From: Rubripirellula sp. | GTDB lineage: Bacteria; Planctomycetota; Planctomycetia; Pirellulales; Pirellulaceae | DNA length: 64,000 nt | Direction: 5' to 3' | NCBI GenBank assembly: GCA_965216875.1 | Contig: OZ244207.1 | Span: forward strand, 5,600,001 to 5,664,000 | Shown: positions 9,638 through 20,100 of the stretch, one piece after another | How positions within the stretch are numbered: the stretch's first letter is position 1 | Layout of the letters: each line of letters starts with the position of its first letter | Notes under the pieces: model-generated | The model's database searches: none | Seen by the model: only the letters and a program-made list of their open reading frames with translations | Told to the model about the DNA's origin: nothing | Position numbers and translations under genes: made by a program

Positions 9638-9829
9638 CCAGAACTTTCGCCGCCCACATCCGCGAAGTGAGTTGTACCACAGTCCTTTTAGCGACAATCA
9701 GAATTGTCGAGCTAACCACTCGATGAAATGTAGTCGCGGTTGGTCCCGCGATTCTCTCGGGTACGTGTGCGAAACCGCGATACGCCTCCTTGAGTCATCT
9801 TTCAACATAAGGTTTTAGTGAAGGATTGA

Positions 9830-10306
9830 ATGGTCGCTGGTAGTCGCTTTTACGAAGTGTATAAGAATTGCGATCTTGACCGGTCGGTGTGGCATGATTC
9901 GGCTACTCCCTGGATGACGACGAAGATACCATTCCTACTCCACACAAATTGAAAACGTGTTCTCGATGCCGGGTGTGGCGATGACCGCAATGTTTTGCCA
10001 TTCGCTGAAGCTGGATTTGAAGTAACGGGCGTAGATGGATCGAACGCAGGTATACAACGCGCGCGTCAGAGGCTTGGTGATTCGCTTAACGTCACGCTAG
10101 TCGATGACAATCTGGAACAAAACGAATTCGATTCGGAGTTCGACGTGGTCGTCTGCGACTACGTATTTGCGCACCTCGAAAACCAGCTGGATATCGAATT
10201 CCTAGCTGAAGATGCCCCGAGTTTCAGCAACGGCAAGGAATTGTGGCGGACCGCTTCATTGCGTGTTGGCCGACTCTTGGCCTTTGAACTATCACACCGC
10301 GCATAA
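9830..10306 (+). pseudogene. Class I SAM-dependent methyltransferase, interrupted
   Basis: ATG 9830 is in frame with RVLDAGCG and FEVTGVDGS, but there is an in-frame TGA at 9950-9952; the C-terminus also looks truncated. Confidence 0.7.
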
Positions 10307-10341
10307 AAAACGCACCTGACACGGGGAACCAGGCCAGGTGC
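10305..10341 (-). terminator. Terminator downstream of gspG
   Basis: gcacctg/caggtgc stem preceded on + by A6 (U-tract on minus). Confidence 0.45.
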
Positions 10342-10450
10342 TAGGCGACAAGGCAGAGCCGCCGAAGTTCACTCTAGTGGTATTTGGGACGGCATGCCAC
10401 AAGTGCATTGCAAACCTATTCGCGCACAACAGCTTGCACGGAGGTGCTAA

Positions 10451-10885
10451 CTATCCCCGTGATTGAATATCGCTGCTCGACAGATCCTTGTCCGCCCCCG
10501 TGCCGCCTTCTTTGTGATCCGCTCCGTAACAAAGAACATCGTAGGGACGCGTCTTTCCTGGCGAGACGTATTCGTATGGATTGCCCCAGGGATCGTTTGG
10601 CACAAAACTCAGAATGCCTTCAGCGAACTTGTCGGTTGGCGTGGCAAGGATGGCAAGCCCCTCTTGGCTTGTCGGGTAACGGTCGTACATCGTGTAAAAG
10701 GTTTCGAGCGCTTCGCACACCTTGCTAATCTCCACCTCGGCCATGCCTTGCTTGCTGGTGATCAGGTAGCCGCGAACGCTTAGCGTCACCGCCCCCGTCA
10801 ACAGTCCTAGGATCACAAGCACGACCATCATTTCGACGAGCGTGAATGCCTTCGTTGTTACATGATCTCTATCCCGCAAGGACAT
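10451..10885 (-). CDS. gspG: T2SS major pseudopilin
   Basis: Prepilin motif KA|FTLVEMMVVLVILGLL; YPTSQEGLAIL and DPWGNPYEY...GADHKEGGTGADKD. Confidence 0.92.
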   Translation of the reverse strand: MSLRDRDHVTTKAFTLVEMMVVLVILGLLTGAVTLSVRGYLITSKQGMAEVEISKVCEALETFYTMYDRYPTSQEGLAILATPTDKFAEGILSFVPNDPWGNPYEYVSPGKTRPYDVLCYGADHKEGGTGADKDLSSSDIQSRG

Positions 10886-12077
10886 TGCCTGCCTCCAATA
10901 TCGGAAGTACGGTTGCAAAAAGTATGAAGCCGACAACGATCGAGAGCATGACGATCAATGCCGGTTCCAGGATCGTGGTCATTCGTGTGGCGAGTTGTTC
11001 CGCCTGGCGATCGTAGTCATCACCGAGTCGCTGCAACATGCGATCGAGTTGCCCGCTTTGTTGGCCAAGTGCAAATACCTGTGCGATTGAATGTGAAAAG
11101 ATCGGGTGCTTTTGTGCCGACTCTCTTAGGTCACGCCCTACCTTGAGATCTTCTTGCATCTCGGACAACGCGGAACGCAGCAATCGGTTGGTAGCTGAAC
11201 GTTCAGCGATCGCCAGGGCATCAACCAATTCCACGCCAGAACGCAGCAGACTGCTCACCACAAGTGCCATACGGCTAAGGGCTTGCTTTTGTACGAGCGT
11301 CCCAACAATGGGCAACGTCAATGCAACCCGATCAAGCCGGACTCGCCCACGCTCCGTTCGTAGGTGCGCTACTAGGCCAACCATGAGCAATGCCAGCCCA
11401 ACGAAAACGAATGGACCGTAGTCGAGCAGCGTGTCGCTTATCCATTTCAATATAAGCGTTGGTAGCGGCAGGTCCTGTCCCATCTCAAGCAGATTCTGAA
11501 GCAACATGGGGACAACAACGGTCATCAGGAAAACGGTCACCGCAACGCTGATCACCATCACAATCATCGGGTACAGTAGCGCCGAGATGACGCGATCCTT
11601 GAGCTGGCCGCTTCGTTCGCGAAAACCAGCGATGTGCTCGCAGACTTCATCGAGGTTACCCGCGTGCTCGCCGACGCGAACCATGCCGATCGTCATTTCG
11701 TCGAAGATCGTCGGTTCATCGGCCATTGCATCGGCGAGGCTTGATCCGCTCGACACTTTGTCTCGGACGGCGAGCATAGCATCGTGAAAACCGCCTCGCG
11801 TTTGCGGCAGCAACGAATCGATAGCGTCCAGCAGCGATACACCCGCTTGCAGCAGAGTGGACAACTCGCGTATCGCGTCGGTCAATTGATTCCTGTAACG
11901 ACCTGTCCGGCGTATCGTGAGCGTTTGGCCTTTGCTCGATGCTCGTTCGGCGACCGACTCGACGCGCAACCCGCTGCCGCGCAGCTGCTGCCGCGCATGT
12001 CGCCCGCTGGCCGCAGTGATCGTTCCGCGGCATCGCCGTCCGGTCTGATCGATCGCTCTGTATGCAAAAGTTGCCAT
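10869..12077 (-). CDS. gspF: T2SS inner-membrane platform protein
   Basis: MATFAYRAID start, two GspF repeats (GEHAGNLD, GQQSGQLD), ALLYP and LEPALIV. Confidence 0.93.
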   Translation of the reverse strand: MATFAYRAIDQTGRRCRGTITAASGRHARQQLRGSGLRVESVAERASSKGQTLTIRRTGRYRNQLTDAIRELSTLLQAGVSLLDAIDSLLPQTRGGFHDAMLAVRDKVSSGSSLADAMADEPTIFDEMTIGMVRVGEHAGNLDEVCEHIAGFRERSGQLKDRVISALLYPMIVMVISVAVTVFLMTVVVPMLLQNLLEMGQDLPLPTLILKWISDTLLDYGPFVFVGLALLMVGLVAHLRTERGRVRLDRVALTLPIVGTLVQKQALSRMALVVSSLLRSGVELVDALAIAERSATNRLLRSALSEMQEDLKVGRDLRESAQKHPIFSHSIAQVFALGQQSGQLDRMLQRLGDDYDRQAEQLATRMTTILEPALIVMLSIVVGFILFATVLPILEAGNVLAG

Positions 12078-12111
12078 CGCCCCGTTTCAGTCGTTCCTTG
12101 CTTCTTTGTTG

Positions 12112-13584
12112 CTAAAGTGCAGTACGCATCGTGACTCGGTCAATCTCTTCGCTGGTGGTCACACCCGCTTCGACTTTTTCAAGTCCCGATTCTCGCAACA
12201 ATCGCATGCCTCGATTGATGCCTGCTTCACGGATCTCTGAAGCATGCGCGCGACGTTGAATCAAATCGCGAATCGTATCGTCAAGCACTAGTAGTTCGTA
12301 GATGCCTTCCCTTCCACGATAACCTGTCCCTCGACAGGTTTGGCAAGAACTCACTTGTTTTTCGTGACCTCGACAGTTTGTGCAAACCCGTCGCACCAAC
12401 CGTTGAGCCATCACGGCCAGGACACTACTGGATACCAAATAGGGCTCAATCCCAAGGTCTAGCATTCGTGTGACTGCACTTGCGGCGTCATTCGTGTGCA
12501 ACGTGCTGAAAACCAAGTGTCCTGTCAATGCAGCTTGCACGGCCATCACCGCGGTTTCTTGGTCGCGTATCTCGCCGAGCATGATGATGTCGGGATCCTG
12601 TCTCAAAACGCTTCGTAGACCACTAGCGAACGTCATTCCTTTCTTCGTGTTGATTTGCGTCTGACTGATACTCTCGAGCTGGTATTCGATGGGATCTTCG
12701 AGCGTGACCGCGTTTCGTGAATCTGTATCAAGCTCCTGCAGCGCTGCGTAAAGCGTCGTGCTTTTGCCGCTTCCCGTTGGACCGGTGACCAAGACCAGGC
12801 CGTGTTCGGCGTGGATGACACTTTGGAACCGGTTCAATGTTCGAGTGTCCATGCCAATTTCAGCCAATTCGTAGAGCCTGGCGCTCTTGTCGAGCAGTCG
12901 AACGACAACGCGTTCGCCAAAGCTTGTTGGCATCGAAGCGAGGCGCAGGTCAATGATTCGCTGGCCAACACATACGGTCGCACGTCCATCTTGTGGCAAA
13001 CGTTTTTCGGCGATATTCATTTTCCCGGCGACTTTGAGCCGACTCACAACTTCATCCTGAACCGACTTTGGAATCTGCCGCACTTCGGTCAGCACACCAT
13101 CGATCCGCATGCGCACAACCATCGACTCTTCGAATGGTTGTAAATGGATGTCAGAAGCACGCTGTTGGATCGCGTCAAGAAGTAAAGAATTGACAAGCTG
13201 AACGACTGGACCTCGCGTGTCTGTCTCAAGCAAATCGTCGCGATTGACATTTGTCGGAGCATTTAACAACTCATCCAAGCTAACCGCATCGGAGTTTGCC
13301 AATGAGTTTCGCGATGCCTGTTTTTCATAAGCTTCATCGATCAAACCCTGAAGTTTTTCTACGTCAATCAGCTCGATGGCAATCGGGTTTCCCAGCAGTC
13401 GACCGATGTTGTCAGACAAGCGGTGCGACACTTCGCCGCCGCAAAGCAGTCGAACTTGGTCCTTATCGTCGCATGCTGCCAGGACATTATGCCGCCGGCA
13501 ATACTCAATCGAAAATCGTTCAAGAAAAGGCGCATAAGCCTTCCAAGTTTCAATCGGTCGTGTGTTGGTTGTTTCACTTCGCAT
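12112..13584 (-). CDS. gspE: T2SS ATPase (GspE/PulE)
   Basis: ASDIH, RLPQDGR, Walker A GPTGSGKST, TLEDPIE, LRQDPDIIMLGEIRD, TGHLVFSTLH and a tetracysteine motif. Confidence 0.95.
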   Translation of the reverse strand: MRSETTNTRPIETWKAYAPFLERFSIEYCRRHNVLAACDDKDQVRLLCGGEVSHRLSDNIGRLLGNPIAIELIDVEKLQGLIDEAYEKQASRNSLANSDAVSLDELLNAPTNVNRDDLLETDTRGPVVQLVNSLLLDAIQQRASDIHLQPFEESMVVRMRIDGVLTEVRQIPKSVQDEVVSRLKVAGKMNIAEKRLPQDGRATVCVGQRIIDLRLASMPTSFGERVVVRLLDKSARLYELAEIGMDTRTLNRFQSVIHAEHGLVLVTGPTGSGKSTTLYAALQELDTDSRNAVTLEDPIEYQLESISQTQINTKKGMTFASGLRSVLRQDPDIIMLGEIRDQETAVMAVQAALTGHLVFSTLHTNDAASAVTRMLDLGIEPYLVSSSVLAVMAQRLVRRVCTNCRGHEKQVSSCQTCRGTGYRGREGIYELLVLDDTIRDLIQRRAHASEIREAGINRGMRLLRESGLEKVEAGVTTSEEIDRVTMRTAL

Positions 13585-14159
13585 TTGCGAAATCTGATTT
13601 AAGGATCAATGAAGTGCGTCGCGCTCCGCACGCTATTGTCGCCTTTCGCTCCGCGAAATTTGCGCCGCTTGTAGGAGAGAAGATTCCGGCTAAAGCTCGG
13701 TACTACGAACAACTGGCTCAAACAATCACAGCCGCCCCGCGAAAGTTGCAATTGCACAACGTTTTTATGCACATCACGCTACCTTGCCGAAGCCACGTCA
13801 AGCATACATCGCGTCGTGTCGCAACGAACAACGTACAAAAAGCTCAATGCGGCGTTGAGCGCGCACAAGTATGACTGACAACAAACGATCTAGATTTTTT
13901 TTGGAAGTCGTAAGTCACTATTGCGTGCGTCGTCGCAACGGCTCTTTCGCTTTGACAAAAACGGGAGTTGCGCGTTTGTAGTTTGGTTCTACTAAGAACA
14001 ACTTGCGCGCCTTCGCGATCATTTTATTTTGCCCAAACTGTTGACAACCGAATTCGGAACGGCAATTGTGAAATTACTACTCACGGGTGCGTTCGGTTCA
14101 CCGATTTCACTACGTGTATTTCTCCTCAAATAATGCATCCAATCGCTGGGGTACTGCGA

Positions 14160-16217
14160 ATGGGCAGACGGGCACTGAGTCTGTTTGTGGTGGGATTGTT
14201 GGCTATCCAGGCAGGGTTGCTAACTCATTCCGCCAAAACGAATAGTCCAACATTCGACGAAGTCGGGCATCTTGCTGCCGGACTTTCTCACTGGGAACTT
14301 GGACGTTACGAGCTTTATAGCGTTAATCCGCCACTCGTGCGGACGATCGCCGCGGCACCAGTTGCACTTTGGTCAAAACCAGAAGTCGACTGGGGGCACT
14401 ACCGCGACGATCCTTCAAAAAGAACGGAGATTTTCGTCGGTCGTCGATTGATCGAACTCAACGGCGAAGACTCCTTTAACCACTTCTTCTACGCCCGGTT
14501 GGCGGTGATTCCCATCGCCTTACTTGGCGGGTTGCTTTGCTTTCTCTGGGCGAAGGATTTGTTTGGATCCACCGCCGGCCTGATAGCGCTCGCGCTGTGG
14601 ACCTTTTCGCCAAACGTCTTGGCTTACGGGGCCGTTATTACGCCCGACATGGGGTCGACGGTCGCGTTATTGGGGACCAGCTATCTCTTTTGGCGTTGGC
14701 TGAAAGAACCGAGTCTGGGTTGGGCGTTTTCGCTCTCGGCCGCACTCGGACTGGCGATGTTGACCAAGTCGGTTTGGCTCGGTTTGCCGTTCGCATTTGC
14801 CGCAATCTGGTTGGCGGCGAGGGTCTTTGACCGTCGCTCGAAAACGGATGAAAGCGAGCAAGCTGGCGAAGGAGAATCTCGGTCAGCTTGGATTTCGGGT
14901 CGGCGTGGCGAGGCCTTGCAGCTCGTAGCCGTCGCCACGTTGGCTCTCGTCTTCGTCAACGGTTTCTACGGATTCGAAAAAACATTTAGTCGCCTTGGTG
15001 AGTTCTCCTTCGTTAGCACCAGCTTTTCAGGTAATCTGGCCGAGTTGGTCGGAAGCTACTCCGATTGCATTGGGTGCCCCGAGAACGATCGCTTCAATGT
15101 CGAAAAGGGGAATCGGTTCGCCGGATCACTTCTTGGTTCTGTGCCAGTCCCGCTACCGGCTAACTATTTGCAGGGGATCGATATCCAAGTCCACGACTTT
15201 GAACGTGGCGCGTACGATTCCGCTTGGAAAAGCTATTTGTTGGGCCAGTGGAAGCAAGGCGGCTGGTGGTACTACTACATCGTCGGGCTGTTCTTCAAGG
15301 TTCCGATCGTCATTTGGTTGATGCTTGGTGCGGGGTCAATTGCTGCCCTCTCCTGGCGACCCGAACGCCAAAAACTGTTGGGGGTGATCTGCCTATGGGG
15401 ACCCGCGATTGGATTGTTTGTCGTCGCAAGTGCCTGTACCGGATTGAACCGATACATTCGCTACGTGCTACCCGTCCTTCCAGTGCTTCTGATTTGGGCG
15501 AGTCAAGTTGGACGATGGGTGGAATCCACCAACGAGAACTTTCAAAAGAAAGCTCGCATTGCGATCGCAGTCGGTTGTGTTTGGCTAGCCGCGACATCGC
15601 TTTGGAATGCTCCCGGTCACCTCAGCTATTTCAACGTTGCCGCCGGTGGTCCGAGTCAAGGGCACGAGGTTCTCTGTGATAGCAACATCGATTGGGGGCA
15701 AGACCTGATTCGGTTAAAGCAGTGGATAGAAGACAACCCAGGCGAAAGCGGCGAACTTTCGTTGGCTTACTTTGGTGGATTCGATCCGGCGACGGTCGGC
15801 TTGCAGTACAAGTTGCCGCCAAGGTATTTCGGCGATAGCGATTCCCAGCAACCGGCCTTCCGGATGAGTCCGGGCACCTATGCGGTCAGCAAGAGTTTGA
15901 TTGCAGGCCATTCGATGCCAGTGCCCGATGGCTACAACCCCATGAGGTTCCGCCTCTTTGGTCCCGGCGTCTTTTCGTACTTTGGCGAGCTTGAGCCGGC
16001 CGGTCGGATCGGTCATTCGATCAATTTGTACAAGGTGTCCAAGGAGCAAGCCGACAAACTTGCGGTTGATTTGAATCAACGGACGCTTGAGATGCGAAAA
16101 CTGGCACGGCAGCGTCGCGAAGCTCAACAACCAACCGTCGCCAAAGCGAGACCGGCGCAGGTCGACGTTGCCAAAGATGAACAGCAGAGTGTGGTCGTAA
16201 CGGAATCGGAATCGTGA
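14160..16217 (+). CDS. GT-C fold membrane glycosyltransferase (GT39/ArnT/PMT-like)
   Basis: TM helix then SPTFDEVGHLAAG (DE motif), NPPL, many TM helices, IRYVLPVLP and DSNIDWGQDL. Confidence 0.85.
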   Translation: MGRRALSLFVVGLLAIQAGLLTHSAKTNSPTFDEVGHLAAGLSHWELGRYELYSVNPPLVRTIAAAPVALWSKPEVDWGHYRDDPSKRTEIFVGRRLIELNGEDSFNHFFYARLAVIPIALLGGLLCFLWAKDLFGSTAGLIALALWTFSPNVLAYGAVITPDMGSTVALLGTSYLFWRWLKEPSLGWAFSLSAALGLAMLTKSVWLGLPFAFAAIWLAARVFDRRSKTDESEQAGEGESRSAWISGRRGEALQLVAVATLALVFVNGFYGFEKTFSRLGEFSFVSTSFSGNLAELVGSYSDCIGCPENDRFNVEKGNRFAGSLLGSVPVPLPANYLQGIDIQVHDFERGAYDSAWKSYLLGQWKQGGWWYYYIVGLFFKVPIVIWLMLGAGSIAALSWRPERQKLLGVICLWGPAIGLFVVASACTGLNRYIRYVLPVLPVLLIWASQVGRWVESTNENFQKKARIAIAVGCVWLAATSLWNAPGHLSYFNVAAGGPSQGHEVLCDSNIDWGQDLIRLKQWIEDNPGESGELSLAYFGGFDPATVGLQYKLPPRYFGDSDSQQPAFRMSPGTYAVSKSLIAGHSMPVPDGYNPMRFRLFGPGVFSYFGELEPAGRIGHSINLYKVSKEQADKLAVDLNQRTLEMRKLARQRREAQQPTVAKARPAQVDVAKDEQQSVVVTESES

Positions 16218-17017
16218 GCAGAAAGAAGAACAAAAAACAACCAGAGCAGGCAAGTCGTTTTCCCGTTGCCTTGTTGGCGGCCGTGTTTTTGCCACTCGTC
16301 GGCTTCACCGCCTATTCGACGATGCGTCAGCGGCCAGCGATCGAGGTGGCGGACGCTCCGCTTGCGATTCAAGCGCGCAACCAGGATGTGACCAGTGGTG
16401 GCATCGTGCGGCCTAAGACTGATGTCATGGTTCGTGGTGATGTTTCCGAAGTGGTCCAGCAGGTTCGCGAAATGCAAGAGGCGAGTTGGCCCACCGGATC
16501 TATCGAGGACCATTTGGACGAACTTCCAGTTCTCGATAAATCAATGAACGCCAACGTCAAGAACACAATCGAAGCGATCGAAACGGGCACGCATCCAGAG
16601 CGTTTGACACCAGTGATCCTGCCCAAAAAATTCGACCTCGCAGCGTACAAGGCGAACCCACAGGCTTACCTTGATGTCGTTGAACCGGGCCGAGTGTTTC
16701 AATCGGCCCAGCCTGGACGAGGTGTTCCCACCATCGGGTCGGGAAGTTCGATGTTTCAAACGCTCAAGCAAGGAGAGGCCGTTCGGCTTCGCGTCTTGAC
16801 CGAGCCTGGAGCACCGGTTAGTTGGACCTCATTCGACCTCGGGGCATTTGACAATCATCTTCCGTTGATCACCAAAGCAGCTAACGAAGAAGGTTGGGCC
16901 GAGGCAACGTTCACTGCAACCACGGGCACAACCGGCACGGTCAATATCCTGGCCGCCAGTCCGGTCGCGTCCGGACGTGTTGAATACGTCGTGACCATTC
17001 AAGAGCCGCAAGGCTAG
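16214..17017 (+). CDS. Membrane-anchored hypothetical protein with C-terminal Ig-like beta domain
   Basis: Basic N-terminus, one TM helix and a beta-rich tail; GTGA overlap with the glycosyltransferase gene. Confidence 0.75.
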   Translation: MSRKKNKKQPEQASRFPVALLAAVFLPLVGFTAYSTMRQRPAIEVADAPLAIQARNQDVTSGGIVRPKTDVMVRGDVSEVVQQVREMQEASWPTGSIEDHLDELPVLDKSMNANVKNTIEAIETGTHPERLTPVILPKKFDLAAYKANPQAYLDVVEPGRVFQSAQPGRGVPTIGSGSSMFQTLKQGEAVRLRVLTEPGAPVSWTSFDLGAFDNHLPLITKAANEEGWAEATFTATTGTTGTVNILAASPVASGRVEYVVTIQEPQG

Positions 17018-17159
17018 TTGAAAACACAAATCCAATTGACGCTTGAATCGCAAGCGAGTGAATCTCGGTGTTTTTGCTGAGTCCTCGCAAACTACTTATT
17101 GACATCTAGCACACCATTCATCTTTGAGTTTTGGCACAGGACTCGTCTGGGGGACATCG

Positions 17160-20100
17160 ATGAATCCGCTTCGCAGGTTCGTAATTCGCTTGGTAGTGAT
17201 GGTCTTTGCGGCCGTATCAATTTGTTCGTATGGCTTCGCTCAAAACCCACCGCCACCTGAGATGGTGTGGGGCAATGTCAACTCTGAAGATGCAACACCG
17301 AGTCCGATCATTCGCCAGCCCGACATGCGAACCGCCACCGCTAATTCGGCCGTAAACGGATGTATGAACAAGGCCTGTGTGAGCGAGTGTCCGCCGCCTG
17401 CTGGGATTTCGGATGTATCCGGTTGGAATCCCTATGACTCTGGCCCGTTCGTAAGCGACTGGAATCCAAGTGGTTCGGGGCCACTTGGTCGAGGTGGCTG
17501 GAATCCAAGTGGTTCGGGGCCACTTGGTCGAGGTGGCTGGAATCCAAGTGGTTCGGGGCCGCTTGGTCGAGGTGGCTGGAATCCAAGTGGTTCGGGGCCG
17601 CTTGGTCGAGGTGGCTGGAATCCAAGTGGTTCGGGGCCACTTGGTCGAGGTGGCTGGAATCCAAGTGGTTCGGGGCCTCTTGGATGTGGAAGCGGGTCAT
17701 GTGGCTCAGGCGGACGCTCGGGTGGAGCGGGGATTCCGGCCAACCAGTCTCCTTTCTATTTCAGCACGATCACTGGTGGTGCCAACGGAAGACCTCTCCG
17801 GCAAGGCACAATCAACGGTATGTCGATGATCGAAGGATTCGGTCTCGACTACATGCACTGGGCCGACGACATCGTGCCGCGGATTCGTGGTGACATTGGT
17901 GTTCGACGTTTTCACCGCCCTCGTTTCAGCGCATGTGGTTCAAGCTTTGGCCCAATGGTGATGAGCAACTGGGATCTGAGACTCTACTTTCACCTCTACT
18001 ACGGCGGCGATACTTCGGTTGGCTACACGCAGATCTATGTGCGTGATCCAATCGCCCAGACACCTTACCGCCTCAATCACATCAGCTACGGCACTTACAA
18101 CGAAGGCGGGCACAACCTTCTAGCAGCAGACAAGGGAAAGTTTGTTCCCCAGACGGCAGGTACGATTAAAGAGGCGTGGGTGGGGCCAGAGCTCCCAGAT
18201 TCAAATACCGTTTGGGACTACAACCCTCAAGCAAGCTCAATCAATTCGAGCAACTTCTTCCTAGCACACGAAGACGTTCGAACGGCCACGATGACGGGCT
18301 GGGATGGAGTGGTTTATGAGTTCGAGCTAATGAAGATTCCCGACCAGACCGCGTGGGAGCAAGTCCTCGACCAACAATGGTTGTACATGAACGGACTGCC
18401 TGGCTATTCCCAGGCGGCGTATTACGGCTCCGAAATCTACAACTACGTGATTCAAGGTCGGCTCACCAAAATCACCATCCCAGGCAATCGGTCGTACACG
18501 ATCAGCTACAAGAGCTGGACGCCGATGGAGATCTATGACTCGTGGGAGCGTGTTTGGCAGATTGACACCATTACTTCGGAAACGGGGCAAACACTGACCT
18601 ACACTTATGGTGCGCAAACAGTCGCCGGCCAGTGGGCTGTCAGCAACATTGCCAACAGCAATGGCAAATCAGCAAGCTACACCTACACCAATGACTACCT
18701 TTCGCAGGTCACACGAAGCGACGGCACGACATCAAGTTTTACCAACGGCTTCGATTCCGTGGCCAATGCCGCGTCGATTGAATTCGATGATCCCGCAGCC
18801 GAAAACGGACATCGCAAGAAGACCATTCTGCTGTCGTCATCATCTGCGGGGACAAGTGGATTCTACTTCGCGGGTTCGATGAACTTGATTCGATCCGTTG
18901 TCAATGCCGCTGGCGAAGTAGCCTACGCGAGCATTCCGGTCATGAACTATTCCGCGCCGAGTGGGCAGGGTCTTTCGGTTTTCAACTATGTCGGCGGCGG
19001 CCGGATGATGCGCAACGTACCAGCGGGTGGGGCAAACCTGAATGCAACGGGCGCTTTTTGGCGGTGGTCTTCTTACATGGAAGGCGGCTGGCAAATGTCA
19101 GTCAATAATGGGGCGATGGAATTCACCGGCGACGCGGAATCTCCCATAGCCGTTCACGAAAGTACCGGTCTCTGGGGAACATTGGGCAATCTCTACCCCA
19201 CCACGGTTGACGAACGTGGCCTAACCCAGACGCACGAGTACGACAATGGCTGGCTCGTACGGACCAACTATTCCGACGGCTCGTTTGAAACATGGTGTCG
19301 TGATGGATCAGGACGTGTCACTCGTTACCGCGACCGCAACGGCAATGTAACGAAGTATGCGTACCACTCATCCGGCGCGTTGTCTCTGAAGGAAGTTGGA
19401 CTTACCGACCACCCAAGCAACGTTGACGTCCCGCCAACACAATACGGAAGCGGTACGCCCTACGACTATTGTGCGACGAACGACGTCCAGACTGCTGATC
19501 ATGCTGTCTATCAGTGGACGTACAACGCCGATGGACAACTACTCGCCAGTATCGACCCACTTACAAACCAGACTGACTACAACTATGACGCACAGGACCA
19601 ATTGATCGAAATCAAGGCTCCCCAGGTTACAGGTGAATCAGGTCGCGCCACCACGACGATGACCTACCATCCGTCCGGCAAGCTGAAAACGATGACCGAT
19701 CCTGTCGGAACGGTCATCGAGTACTTTTACGATGGCCAGGATCGCTTGATCAGCACTCTCTACGATGATGGCACAACCGATCGGACTGAATACGAAACGG
19801 GCACCAACGGCTTCGGGCTTCCCGCCAAGACCATTGACCGACTTGGCGTCGTCACCACTTACGAATACGACGCGGCGGACCGGTTGATCAAGAAGGTGGC
19901 CGCTGCGGCCCAGATGGACGGTGCGACCGAAACACCCACACCCGAGCTCGCCTCGACTTCCGAATGGAAATACCTCGAAGGAACAAACGACCCGATCGCA
20001 ACCCGCGTCGATGGCCGCGTGACGACCTACAAGTACGACTACCGCGGACGCCGAATCGAAACAAAGGTCTATTCGTCTGCTGGCGTTTCGAAGGTTGTTC

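Noticed and set aside
17459..17683. 39-bp repeats as a CRISPR array
   Set aside because: The units are head-to-tail with no spacers, are in frame within the Rhs CDS, and no cas genes are present.
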